From: Gnetum montanum
Lineage: Eukaryota; Plantae; Gnetophyta
NCBI GenBank assembly: GCA_015680685.1
Contig: MNCI01001758.1
Location: 62,001-126,000, forward strand
Direction: 5' to 3'
Length of the DNA stretch: 64,000 nt
The translations under genes and the position numbers were made by a program. Every line of letters begins with the position of its first letter. The stretch's first letter is position 1. This document shows, piece by piece, positions 25,519 through 39,037 of the stretch. Under the pieces are notes generated by a model, which worked only from the letters and a program-made list of their open reading frames with translations, made no database searches and was not told where the DNA came from.

Positions 25519-28500
25519 TTATTATTCAGAAAAGTATATTTACATTTGTTTGAGCTAGCCTTAATCCATCCAAACATTCATCATCAAGATCATGCATGTA
25601 GGTTGGTCATAGGTATTCTTAGATATATGGCTCAAATTTGGTATTCTAACATGACAAATAATAGCATTACTAGCTAGGATGTTATGAAAGCTTTGTTCAT
25701 AGACGAATTCGGTAATCAAATTGAATAGAATCAACTCTATAGTGGATTAGCTTAAATAAAGCATAGAAACACTGAGTCAATTAGGAAATTTAACATTAAA
25801 TTTCAAAGGGTATGTGACTTATACCAAAATTAATTTTGAGCCAAGTAATGAGGTCATACAAGATACTTGCATAAATGCTATAGATATAAGAATTTCAATT
25901 TGGTTAAGAAGAATCCCTAATATTAACACTTCAGCTACTTTATAGTGAAGCCAAAGAATTGGAAAGATAGTTGAACTTAGCTTGAGATAACAACAACATG
26001 TTATAAAAGAACCATAAACAAGATTACTTCCTATACAAAATTTTACTTAGGTTAAAACACTATCATTGATAAGTAGTTCTATTAAGTTACAAAGTGAGGA
26101 ACATGAAAATTATAAACTTTTAAAAGAAACATTCAAAAAAATCACTAAACTAGAGAAAGTTATGACTAAGATGAAACTTAGAGAAGATAGGAAATTTTGG
26201 ACAACTAGAAAATTTAATGTCCATGCTAAATTAGATGATACTAAAGAAAGGAAAGTCTTCGCTAATTCAAATTTAATAGAATTTGAAAATGATTCTAGAG
26301 AATCAATGAATACTGAAACTCATTACTTAGAGAGGTTATCAAGTGATGAAACATCTAAAGAATCACAATTATGATATTCATAAAATGATGATTTTAATGA
26401 TAACAAAAAGCCTTAATATGGACTACATAGTGCTAAAGAAATCCAACAGTAATTCTTTATCCTATTAAAAAGAGAAAAGCCTATAAGAATAAATAGAAGT
26501 CAAAAGAAAAGATTCAATCCAACAAGCAAAGTCATCAATAATCTTTTCCTAAGATGCTTAGAACATTATGATTTAATGATGAAGGAAAGTACAATATAAT
26601 AGAAGATCTAGAGAGAGTTTAAGGATAATACTAACATGTATTAGCTAATTCGAATAGAAGGATGCTAAAAAAGGATTTTGAAAGAAATGAAAAATAAGAA
26701 GAAGGTTAGTGATGTAGCTACAAATTATATCTATAATGTTGATAAGTCCATTAGTAAAATGTTAGTTGTAGTTGATGGGGATGCGTTGCCTTTCTTATTA
26801 ACCCTTAAACTAAAAGGTTGATATCTACATCACTTCTTAGTTGATTCAAGAGCTACCTAAACATTGATGCCCTTATCAATCTATAAACAATTAGGATTAA
26901 AACCAAACTAATTAAATAAAAATTTATTGAATTTGATAAGAGTAGAGTTAAAATAATAAGCCAATTTTCAAAATGTATTAATTGAAGTAGCTTCAAATTC
27001 TAGAATCAAAAGTAGAATAATAATTCAAGTAGTTGATATTTCTAATGCATACATTCTATTATTGAACAAAATCTAGAACAAAAATTTCTCTAGGTATATA
27101 GCAATAGATTATTCACATATGTGGTTACCATGGAAAGGAGAACTAAATCAAATCTACATATATAGTAAGCCACTGATGGTTAAAATTGTAGCTGCTAGCA
27201 AGAAAAATAAAAGAATCAAATCAAAAGAAGTTGAATTTAGAGTTAGCTTTAATTGAGAAATACATACATTTTGTTATTTAGAAAAAATAATGTTGAAAAT
27301 TGTATTTTGATGGGGCTTGAAATTCCAAGGGGTCAAGGATAAGCATTATCTTAATTATTTGAGAAAATCATATAGAATTAAGAGCTATAAAATTACAATT
27401 TTCTTATATTAATAGCAAAGATAAATGCAAAGTAGTATATAGAGGCTTGAAAATAGCTAATGATAAATGAATTAAAAAGTTTGAAATAAAATTGAATTCA
27501 AATTTTATTTTCAATTATATATAGGGAAAGTATAGCATTATAAGATCCTTCCTTAGCTCTTACAAATAGATGGCAATGAAATTTCTTGAATATTTTTCAG
27601 AATATAAAATTGAAAGTAGTCACAGGAAAGAGAACTGAATAGTTGATGAGCTTGCAATAGCAACTTCAACTCTTGATTTGTCAAAAGTAAATAAATAACT
27701 CAATATAGTAATTTAATTAGAACAAGAGCCTATAGTCCCTGATAATTTAAGTTATCTCCAAGTTTTTGAAGGTGACAATCAGATAGTTAGACTTCTAAAA
27801 ATTATAGGAGAATTTGAAGATCATATTTTTGAAGAAGAGAACCTAAAGTGAAAATAGAAAAAAATACCAAAATATTACTACATTTAGAAGAATATTTTAT
27901 GCATAAGTTAATTAAAGGATTGGATATCCAAGAACCCAAGGACCAAGCTTATAAAATAGTAAATTTAGGATGTGAAGATGTTTCTAGAAACTTGAATATT
28001 GGGTTAAAGCTAGAACCACAAATAAAAAAATCCAATGGTATAGGTTCTAAAAAGATGTTAGAGAATTTTTCTTGAACTTATGATCATTTAAGAACCTTTA
28101 ATTCTGATATTATAACTCATAAAATTTCTTTAGTAGAAGGTTGTAAGGTGATAAAGAAAAAATTAAGAAAATTTAGCCTAATCTTGGAGCCAATAATAGA
28201 AGTCAAAACGTAGAAGTTACTAGGCACAAATATAATATATCTAGTAAAGTGTTTAGCTTGGATAATTAATTTAGTACTACTTAGAAAGAAAAATGGAGAT
28301 ATAAGACTATGTATCGACTTTAGAAATATAAATGAAGCTTTGATTAAAGATAGATATATGCTCCCCATGATTGATGAGATGCTAATAAAAGTATTAGGAT
28401 GCTAGTTATATTCATTTTGAGATGGTTTCTCAAGTTATAACCAAAAAATAGTGGATAAGAATGATAGATATAAGACAACATTGATCATGAAATTGAGTAG

Positions 28501-30130
28501 TTTTGCATACAAAAGAACACCCTTTTACTTATCAAATGTAGGGGTTGTGTTTAAATGAGTTATTGATATTGCATTCAAAGGGCTTATTGGGAACTCAGTG
28601 GATATTCATCTAGATGATATCATAGTATATTCAAAGCATAAATTAGATCATATATCTCATTTACAACATATAATTAATAGATGCAATGAATTTGGTATTT
28701 CCTTAAATCCTAAGAAATGTATTTTTGGAGTAAATTTAAAAGCTTATTTGGACATATAATTTTTCAAAAATGAATGGCTATTGATTAATCTTGAATACAA
28801 GCTATTCAATGTATAGAACATCCTATGAACAAGAAAACATTGAGATCATTCTTTGGAAAGATAAATGTTTTTAAAAGATTTGTACCAGGATTCACAAAGA
28901 TAACTAAACCACTTTTACAAATGTTCAAGAAAGATGTAGAAGTAAGAAAAATGAAAGGAATCACTTAAAGCATTAGATTCAATTAAAAAAATCTATTATG
29001 GAAGCTCCATATCTAGTAAAACCTAAGCTAAAGAAGGATTTTTGTTATATATTTTTACATCAACAAAACCACTAGTTACAAAATTAAGAAAAAGAAAGGA
29101 AAAAAAGAAAAAAATGATTATATTTTTTGGTTATCAGTTGAAGGGAGTTGAGAAGAATTACTTTGATCTTGAAAAATAAGCATTTTATATGATAAAATAT
29201 TTTGGACATTTTAAGTATTATTTAGAAAATATTTACCTTAGAAACCTATAAAATAGTTTAAAAATATGTGGTTAGCAAAAATAATGGCAAAATAATTTGA
29301 ACATGAGGTATTGACTCTTGCTAAAATTAGAAATTGGTATGATGACATAGTGAGATTTCTTACTAAACAAGAGATTCCTAAAAAGTTAACTAATAGCCAA
29401 AGAATAGCTTTTTTCAAGAAAGAAAGAAAATATAATTTTACTCAATAATTTTGTACATAAAATATTTTAGATGAATCTTGTTGGAATGTGTATACAATCA
29501 AAGGATTGAAGAAATCTTGAAGTAATATCATTTTCATAAGGTTATATATTATGAATCCCTAAGAGCTACAATGGAACATATTCTCAAGTATGGATTTTAT
29601 TTGCTTATTATGTATAAGGCCTTGAAAAACAAGATTCTAAGTTGCTAAAAAGTCAAATTTATGGACCAAAATTGGAAAGAACAAATGCTTCATTAAAACT
29701 AGTGGTAATATATAAACCTTTCTAGTGATAGGGATTAGATTTCATCAAGGCTATTACTTCATCCAAATACGTGCATAAATTTATCCTAATAACTACTAAT
29801 TATTTTACCAAATGGCCAAAAGAAAACACTTGGAGAAGTATATCATATGATGTAATAATTTTCTTTGACTAATACATCATAAATTGGTTTGAAACTAGCT
29901 TAGTTATATATATTTATAATATATATCTATAGATTGGCCGATAGAATCTTATAAAATTACAAGTAAGAAGTTCTTTGAGTAAAAAATTTCACGACTTCTG
30001 GACGAAGAACAAGATTTAAAAACCCAAATTTTCATGCCTTCTGGACGAAGAACAAGAGTTCTGTACCTTATTTTTCCTAAGGATGGGTTTTCTGAAAAAA
30101 TAAATTCCATGAATTAGTGTATGCTCTCAC

Positions 30131-30836
30131 NNNNNNNNNNNNNNNNNNNNNNNNNNNNNNNNNNNNNNNNNNNNNNNNNNNNNNNNNNNNNNNNNNNNNN
30201 NNNNNNNNNNNNNNNNNNNNNNNNNNNNNNNNNNNNNNNNNNNNNNNNNNNNNNNNNNNNNNNNNNNNNNNNNNNNNNNNNNNNNNNNNNNNNNNNNNNN
30301 NNNNNNNNNNNNNNNNNNNNNNNNNNNNNNNNNNNNNNNNNNNNNNNNNNNNNNNNNNNNNNNNNNNNNNNNNNNNNNNNNNNNNNNNNNNNNNNNNNNN
30401 NNNNNNNNNNNNNNNNNNNNNNNNNNNNNNNNNNNNNNNNNNNNNNNNNNNNNNNNNNNNNNNNNNNNNNNNNNNNNNNNNNNNNNNNNNNNNNNNNNNN
30501 NNNNNNNNNNNNNNNNNNNNNNNNNNNNNNNNNNNNNNNNNNNNNNNNNNNNNNNNNNNNNNNNNNNNNNNNNNNNNNNNNNNNNNNNNNNNNNNNNNNN
30601 NNNNNNNNNNNNNNNNNNNNNNNNNNNNNNNNNNNNNNNNNNNNNNNNNNNNNNNNNNNNNNNNNNNNNNNNNNNNNNNNNNNNNNNNNNNNNNNNNNNN
30701 NNNNNNNNNNNNNNNNNNNNNNNNNNNNNNNNNNNNNNNNNNNNNNNNNNNNNNNNNNNNNNNNNNNNNNNNNNNNNNNNNNNNNNNNNNNNNNNNNNNN
30801 NNNNNNNNNNNNNNNNNNNNNNNNNNNNNNNNNNNN
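30131..30836. other. Assembly gap
   Basis: Run of N. Confidence 1.
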
Positions 30837-31702
30837 ATAAAACATAAAAAATGATAATAAAGTGCTCGTTTCTCATGTAAGAGGTTAGGCTTTTACTAAT
30901 CTACCAACCCTCTTGGGGCCCCACTTAGTGAGATGAGCATTATGGCTTTGGGTAATGATCCTATGTTATATTAAGTGTTTATAAGGGGTAAAACCCCTGA
31001 AAAAAAATAAAAAAAAAATAGAGCATTGTGGAGGAGACTTTAACTTTAGAGGTAAGTTAAATGTTGAAATTCAATAGTTTAATATTGTAAGAAAATGCTA
31101 AGATTTTATTTAACATATACAATTTTTTTAGAAAATGCTTCTAGCTTTAAGGAACTAAGCCAAAATAAAGTTAGATGTCCCAAAGTAGAGATTGAGCTTC
31201 CAAAGATTTGCAGATCTTATTGTCTTCATAGACCAAAAAAGTCCATTTGATAGATACTACATTTTTGTTAGGTAAAATAAATATACATTTTTGTTAGTGT
31301 ATGTTTTTTATGTTCAACATGTATAATGTACTTGTTAGTGTATGTTTCTTATGTTCAACATGTATAATGTATAACACCGTAGACTTAGTTTATGTACATT
31401 GTGCATGGTTATCTCAATCACAATAGTCATTAAATTATTTTTATCATATCATAGCCCTAGGATTAACATCAAAGAAAAAAAGTGAAATGACGTTAGAATT
31501 GTATGTGGATAACTTTAAGGACCCGTAAGACAGAAATAACAAATTCAATTCAATATAGTGTTATGGAATATCGTTAACACTATATATAGTGTTAACAGCA
31601 ATCGTTGTAGGGCAATGAATGGGCTTGATAATGAAGCTTCAGCAGCAGCCATATATTTAGCAACCATTACTAACCATCCTGGTAAATCCTCGCATAATGT
31701 TA

Positions 31703-32270
31703 TTACACTTGCCAAATAATGCTGCTGTTCCTACAACCGCCATTGTAATGTATCCCAAACACTGCTTCCCATTGCCCGTGCCACGACACCTGCTCACATC
31801 GCAGGAAGTTTTGGTTATAACAGCAATCTTGGGATGCCATGTCATATTTGTAAATGTAATCTTCCGTCAAAACTTCTTTTAACTGGTCCCACACCTTGTT
31901 CACGTCCCTTGTGGTCACCAGGATTCTTTGCTTGCTCCTTTGCGGGGCCTTTTCTAAATGACGTGACATACGTCGGACAGCATTGTCAAAGTAAATAAAG
32001 TTACACACATCTACGACGGCCGCAGCAGCATCCTCGGCTTCCAAACAATGAAGGTCTAATCGCTGCTGTTGTTGTTGCATACCATGTTCATGCTCATGCT
32101 CATCATCCTCCTCCTCCTGATCCTCCTCTTTATCTCCGTGAAACTCTAAATCAAGAGCTTTCTCACTTTCTTCATAAAGTTCCATGGGTTCAAGATACAC
32201 CAAGTCCTGCGGCAACCTCAAATCATCATCCATTTTCAACCGTGATTCCGGCCACATAAAATTATCGCCA
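31703..32270 (-). pseudogene. Chimeric ORF with acidic/poly-Q segment and possible NB-ARC fragment
   Basis: 184-aa open frame. FIYFDNA...RILVTTRD resembles kinase-2 plus RNBS-B; no P-loop seen. Confidence 0.4.
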
Positions 32271-32370
32271 CTAAATCAAGAGTGCAGCAAGCTCTATGAT
32301 GGAAATCGTAGAGGAAGAAGAATACAATTGAATTAAAGAAATTTTTAACATAATCAAAATGTGATCACAC

Positions 32371-33400
32371 CTGCCGAGCATCATAGTGGTGGCCTGTGGA
32401 TTTGTGCCGGGACCGTGGCGGAACAGCGATCCATCTACAATTCTCAAATTGCTCGTTCCCAGCACAACATAATTCTCGCGATCGACAACTTCTCCAGGCT
32501 CGCATCAGCCATGAAAATGCCATATGGTTGCCAATGTGCGCCTGCAAAATTCCACCATTTCCGATTCATCTGCAGAGCTTGCGGGGATTGCAGTGACATT
32601 GAATCTAAGATGGCTTTCATCCTTGAACTTAAACTTCGCAAGAGCCGCGGATTCTGCAATGCGGGCCATGACTCTGACAGCCCTCGCACAGCTGCACAAG
32701 GTTGAGAGTTTAAAATTACGAAAGCAGTTTATTCCACCATCACCTCATAAGTCAACCATATTTCTTAAAAAAATAAGATAAAATCTCTGCATCTGTTACT
32801 TTTTGTTAAGATATACGAACAACACGATTAAAATTCAGAAGAGATGTATTATATTAAAATTAAAGTGGCGCTGGTGTTGAGTTGTTTTGAGTTCCAAAAT
32901 TAAATGAATCGTTCCCAAAATAACCAAATTTTGAAGAACGGACTGCATTTTTATCATGATCTCACCTGCTAATGTCGCTGGGATGCAAATAGTAATTGTA
33001 TCGCACTGAAGGCTTCTGCGCGGCATCCCTGCTGCGCAGACGCAGGGTTCCACGTGACAACGGCCACGAAAGTTTTTGCACAATCTCGCCGACATATTTT
33101 ACTCCGGAAGAAGAGCTGTTCTGGGTCAGATTATAGCTCAGGGCTTCGATGTAGGCGAATGAGGAGTTGAGAATCCCCACAACCTGTATGTTTGATTCTT
33201 CCAGCGGCAGCGGCGAGTCTACTCCGAAAGCTGCGCTTGGATTATCCTGGATTTCTTGACCCACCCATGGCAGATGGAGAAGGCATGTGATTTTGAGACT
33301 GTTGAGATGGTTTTTGGGTCCGATTCCGCTCAGCATCAGCAGCTGCGGGCTCCCCATTGCACCTGCTGACAGTATTACTTCTGATTCTAATTTTTCTAAA
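32371..33400 (-). pseudogene. C-terminal half of a GMC oxidoreductase (HOTHEAD/mandelonitrile lyase family), two exons, premature stop
   Basis: EVILSAGAMGSPQLLMLSGIGP, QDNP, PLSRG.L.L, TIWHFHG*C, LRIVDGS, PGTNPQATTMMLGR. GT-AG intron 32692-32965 preserves frame. TGA at 32505-32507. No N-terminal FAD-binding part. Confidence 0.92.
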
Positions 33401-33574
33401 TTTATGCTGTCCGATAGGCGTACGAAGAAAGTTTCCTCCACCTTTGATGCATTCCTTCAAAGCTTGTTGGATCCACGAACCAAATAATTCTTAGCAAAAA
33501 CCGTGAAGAGGGTAGGCCGCGGCTCTGACAGATCTGCTGGCTCTGACAAATCAACGAACCAAACAATGCTTAGC

Positions 33575-33747
33575 AAAAACTGTGCCAGTGCCTCCCCCAA
33601 TATCTAGACCAATTCTGATTGTTGAAGCTCCATCTTTAGTTTTCTTCAGAGCTAGAACTTCATCAATGGAGAGATCCATGGCGAATAGAGAATGCGTCCA
33701 TCTTGTGCTCTCCCTGCCCTGCAAATCAAAACAGTCCTTGCAGTCGC
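33575..33747 (-). pseudogene. Fragment of SAM-dependent methyltransferase (At1g29790-like, Methyltransf_29 family)
   Basis: Own translation: DCKDCFDLQGRESTRW...MDLSIDEVLALKK..IRIGLDIGGGTGTVFA. Confidence 0.85.
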
Positions 33748-34044
33748 GGCGAAGTCAGCCATGTCGCGGTCACCGAGAGCGTGGGCCAGCAATGCGGCAC
33801 CATAGTAGTCGGTCCCAAACTCGGTCAGGAATGGAGCTTCCACCAGTCTAAGTGCCGGAACCACGGAAAGTGGCGAGAGTCGTGCAGCCTTCGCCTCCTG
33901 TTTCTCTCCTATTTCGTGCCCTGATCCACGCTTCGATGCTGATCCACGCGTGGTTTCTGTCTTCGGCTAAAATGCTGGATCTGCATCTGCGCAGAACTCG
34001 AGCCCTCCTACTGCTCTATGCACCGTTTTCACGCATTATCTATG

Positions 34045-34054
34045 TATTTATAAG
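34045..34054 (-). promoter_or_regulatory. Putative TATA box of the gene-fragment cassette
   Basis: Minus strand CTTATAAATA upstream of all fragments; two GCTGACGTGT boxes lie further upstream. Confidence 0.45.
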
Positions 34055-36539
34055 AATGCAAAGACGTAATCTTTGATAACACGTTAAGGTTAGGGTTAAT
34101 GGCCTCTCTCGAATTTTAATTACACGTCAGCGTTATTCACAAAGTTGTGTTACCGAAATACCGTATATGGAATTTTACACGTCAGCACAAAATAACGTTA
34201 CCGAAATGGGCTGTGGGAAAGTCAACGCTGGTCAACGTTACGCACAAAATATTAGCGTTACCGATTTCTCACTGGTATCGGCCAAACAAATGATAGAATC
34301 ATTTTTTGCTAAGAATGATACATTTTTTCAATTAGCTAAATTGATAAGATGGGCTTCAAAGAAATGAATTTTGATCTCTCCATCTTTGAACTATTATGCA
34401 TAAGAAAATGGTTTAGCTTAGTCCATTGACAAAAACCTGATCTCTTATATTAAATGTTCTATGGATAAGAGCATAGGGGATTGGCATGAATTACTATAAG
34501 GAGCTTTAAGGATAGATATGATTAGGATAAAAAAAATCTATAAATACTACACCATTTAGCTTTGTTTGCAAGTATAACACTTGAATAACTAAAGTAAATT
34601 GTGCCATCAACAATAGGATTCATGGAGAATTATATCTCATGATCAGATAAAGAATGAGCTTTAATGATTTTATTTTTTAAGATAGAGGCTAAAATTGACG
34701 AAGCTCAAGATAAGTTGTTACAAAATGCTATAATAATAAAGTGAGGGTTTAATCACTGAGTAGGATAGAACACATTCAAAGAAGGGAACTTGGTCCTATT
34801 ATAGAAAATAAATAAGAAGAGGGAACATAAGAAATATTTGGCTAAGTGGACTAGGTTGTTAATGATTAAACAATAAATGGTAGATGATACCTTCAAATTA
34901 GCTACATTAGATGGACAAGTGTTAAGCTATATGTTTAATGCTTTCCATCTAAAGCATTATTTTAGGCAACTACCCACTTAAAATAGCATTTTCAAGGCCA
35001 ACCTAAATGCAAATATATAAATAGTATCTCATAACTAATTTTCTTAGGACCTAGTAGAAAGAAAACATGTCATAAATTCCATAGGTTGCTTTATTTAGCA
35101 ACAACCATGGTTGGAAAGGCAAGATCAATAGTAAGAAGGTGATTATTTTCAAAACCAAGGTAAAAATCAAAGAAAGACATTTCATTCCATATTTGTATAG
35201 ATGCTGCCCCAAACATGTACAAAGGATATATATTATAGGACTATCACCTATGGGGCATCTTGTAATTGCTTATTCATAAATTGGCTTTCTAATGAGTTCT
35301 CCATGCTTACCAATAGTAAATCAATCCACATCCAAGAGTGGATTGACATCATAAAGTGTTCCAAGTTATCATTGAAAGAGAATTTTAATGAAGAAGAGAA
35401 GCTAGCATAGGACTTCAATTATGTAGATGTTCTAGTTTTTCAACATGAGAACATTATATAGGAGTGGTTCAAAGGATCATGAAGAGGAAGAAGAAGCAAG
35501 AGAGGATGAGAATCTAGAAATCTCTAAAGATATTTCCACAAGGATTGGTGAGTTAGGAATTTCTCTACCAACATGAGTAATAACTAAACTCGAATATGAT
35601 GAAGTCTCAAAATGTAAAGTTCTAAGAAAGATCATTATCACTATTCACTATGAGCCTATGTCATTAGCTTAGTTTTAATTAACTTACTTTTAGAATTTTT
35701 ATAAGACTGAGGTTTTTAATCCTTATCTAGTCTTAAGCTATAGGGGCTTTTTCACAAAAAAGATAATATAAGCATTTTTCCAAATTTTTCGATGTATATA
35801 TGCTATATTTTGAAAAAAAATGGATGTGTTTGCTTTGGGAAAAAATTGTTGTTCTAACAATTACCATCACCATGGAATAGAAGAATTTAGACTTATTAGG
35901 TTTAATTTAGAAATGCTCAAAAACTCAATTAATTGACATGATATGGTTAGAATGAATTGCTTGTGCTATCTAAATAAGGACTATTCTCATTAAGATAAAA
36001 AGAAAATTTTTTGACGAATTTATATTAGATTCTAGCCTATAAGCTATATGCCTATGACCAAAGAAAAAAAGAAACACCATAATGAAGCTTACAAGAATAG
36101 ACTATTTTCACAAATGTTGAAGGATTCAACTTATTTTTAATAAGGATGTTATAAATAATGGAAATATGAAGTATGACAATAGCTCAAAAAATGTTTGGCA
36201 GCTAAAAACGTGAGCTCACTAGTCAAGCTTCAAAGAATTAGCATGAAGAGCCAAGGTTTTGAGACATTATTGATTATATAAGATACTATTATATAGTAGT
36301 AGATAATCAAGCATATACTAATTAACTCCAAAGAAAAAGCTCATGAACATAAAATCCAATCCAAAAAAATTGTTCCTTCTTAGCTTTTAGATCAACAAAT
36401 ATTGATTTGCATATCTAAAAGAATTTGTTTTAGTTTAAAATAGGCTTAGCATTATCACAAACAATTTATCACAAATAATTAAGTTAAAATTTTATAATAA
36501 AAATCTTTAAAAGCTAAAGAATTAGAGAAATGAATTTAA

Positions 36540-38370
36540 TGTTAATTAGCTCTGTCATCTTATGGAGTTAAAATGGGTTCATAGAATCAAATATTGGTTC
36601 TACAAAGAGCTTTCAAATTGGTTCTACTACCTATGTTAACTTTATTAGATTGATGGGGTAAAGGAATATTTTACAACTAAAGGACCAATTAGCTCTATAT
36701 ATCATGTCAGCTTATAGGACTAGGTAAGGTCAGTAGAATCAAAAAGTAGTTCTACAAATTGGTTCTATAAGAAAGCACTAAAAGAGCTCTATATTCCACA
36801 TTAGCTCTTAGTCAGTTTAATTGTAGAATTAGGGGAAAGTACATAGAATCAAAAAGTGGTTCTAAAAAGAGATTTTAGATTAGTTCTACCATGATAGCTA
36901 GTTAGAGGCTAAAAATTAGTGAATATCAAAGTTAAGTTTTACAAATTAATCCCATGTTTCATGTAAGCTAAGTAAGATGAGCTTATTTTAAAGAGCTATA
37001 TTAATTTATAAAGGCTTTGATTATTAACTAAGTAATACTTTAAGCTAAGGTGAGCTTTGTAGAACCAAAACTTGACTCTACGAGTTAGCTTCAAAATAGT
37101 TCTACAAGCCATGTCAGATTTTGGTCTAGTATAAGTTCATAGAACCCAGATTTGATTCTATAAGGAAGCTACAAAATGATTCTATGAGTCACATCAACCT
37201 TTGTATAATTTATCCAAGTTGGCTCTACAAGGGATCCACATCATCATTTAAAGATAAAGTGCATAGCTTGTAGAACCAAAAAATTGTTTTACAAGAGAAC
37301 CCAAAAATAGTTTTACCATGTTAGCCTTGAAAAAGTAAATGAGCTCATAGAACCAAAAATTGATTTTATTAAGAAGCTCTAGAGAGACTCTCCAACATCA
37401 ACACCAACAAAAAATAGGTTCATAGAACAAAAGATAAGATGATTCTGTTAGACAAGTTTGAAATAAGAAGAGCTTTATATTGGACTCACAAAAGATTATG
37501 AACACATTTACACACATGCTTATTATACTTTTTAATGTAGCTCAACATGTTAAGGATTAGATGAATCAAGATTAAGAAGATAAGGAATATAATATAGCTC
37601 GTAGAATCAAAATTTGGTTCTACGAGTGAGCTATAAAATGGTTCTATAAGCCATGTCAGCTCTTATGAAGCATTTTTTATAAAACCAAAAGTTAATTCTA
37701 TGAATAAGCCTTGAAATGAATTTACAAGCCATGTTAACATTGAAAGTAAAGTGCTCAAAGAGCTTGAACATGAGACCTATTGAGAATTATTTTGCATATG
37801 GCTAAATTCATGTTTAATCCACTTAGATAAAATCAATGTTAAAATTTTTTTTAAGGATTTAGAGAGAACACAAAAGTCATGTAAGCTTAAAATATAAGAC
37901 GAGCTTGTAGAACCAAAATACAAATTAGTTCTATGAATTGGTTCTACAAGCTAGCTGCAAATTTTTTTTTTCATGTTAACTCAAACTTATAAAAAGAAGT
38001 TGTAGAACCAAAAAGTAGTTCTACAAATTAGTTCTACAAGCTAGATTAAGGTATAAAAGAGCTCTAATTAAAGAATTTAAATATGGATGTACACTTGTAC
38101 TTGATTCCAATCTCATTGAATAGGCCACAAATAAAGAAAATGAGAATTAAGAGATATTAAAGCCTAATTAATAGCCATATCAACAAAGGTTTTGTAGAAT
38201 CAAAAAGTGGTTAGATTTCTTACTCCAAAAAATTAATTGGGTTTCAAAGGAGGAAATAAATCTTAAGTGACTATTTGAATTTTAGCTACCACCTCAAAAA
38301 TAGTGGAATTAAATGATTAAAAGATCTTGTTAGTATAACCAAAAAAGGTAGTTCTACAAAGAGGTTCTAC
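36540..38370 (+). repeat. Dispersed hairpin-like repeat array (TGTAGAACC...GGTTCTACA) in Tat B 3' region; paralogue at ~15070-16400
   Basis: Many variants of TAGAACCAAAA followed closely by TTCTACAAG or TTCTATAAG. Confidence 0.75.
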
Positions 38371-39037
38371 TTATATGCCACATTAGCTTAATCACTCTTA
38401 AGAGAAAATTAAGAACTAGAATAATAAGAGGTAAGCTAAATAGTTTGTATTGAGCTTGTCGTTATTAAATAATGATGATAGAGTAGCTTGAAAAAATTAA
38501 GATTTATGACATGTGTAGAAAGCTAATTTAAATAGTGTATCCCCAAGAGACAAGTCTATTTAGGATTTTAAATCATAGAATCATTAGCAAAGAGAGCTAT
38601 GCATTGAAGAAAACCAAGAGCTACCATTCAAGCATTAAAAAGAGCTTTATTGAAGTTTTTTGAGTTCCAACCCAAAACATCTCATAAGGAGAAGGAAGAA
38701 ATTTCTTAAAAGTTCTAAGATATTGATACATTCAACTTCTTAGACTACCTACAATATTTCAAGCTAAATAAATAATAGCTTTAATAATGTATTGATGTTG
38801 GGTTCCTAGAATTAGAAGTAGAAGAAACATATTTATTCTACTTTAATGAGGACCATGATCTAATAGAAAGAATGGAGCTTGAAGTTACAAAAATAATGGA
38901 AGATTGGTAGAAAATCTATAAAAAGACAAGTCTCCGTAAGCTAGGTTTCAAGCCTAGGATGAAAATTATAAGGGACATCATAAATTCTCTAATAGACTAT
39001 TTATGAGAAGAATAAGCTTTGCATTAGGGGAAATATG

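Larger units (their letters stand above)
29895..34289 (-). mobile_element. Inserted cassette of captured host gene fragments (Helitron-like or break-repair capture) within Tat B integrase
   Basis: Integrase reads ...NWFE at 29893 and resumes MIESFFAKND...WASKK at 34290, colinear with SRFG-LPKVLVSDNG...WASEK of element 1. Confidence 0.7.
19651..39037 (+). mobile_element. Old, heavily decayed Tat element B (gag-PR-aRH-RT-RH-INT, same lineage as element 1), with nested insertions
   Basis: gag ~20600-20738 resumes at 25524 (HQDHACRL, MAQIWYSN). PR LVDSRAT ~26840; aRH KLYFDGA ~27297; RT ~28200-28900; INT 29330-29894 and 34290-34975. Confidence 0.85.

Noticed and set aside
30114-30876. Long ORFs in the ORF track
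   Set aside because: Translations of N.
32371-33441. Functional HOTHEAD/mandelonitrile lyase gene
   Set aside because: Lacks the N-terminal half and last exon, has a stop next to the catalytic His, and is flanked by unrelated fragments.
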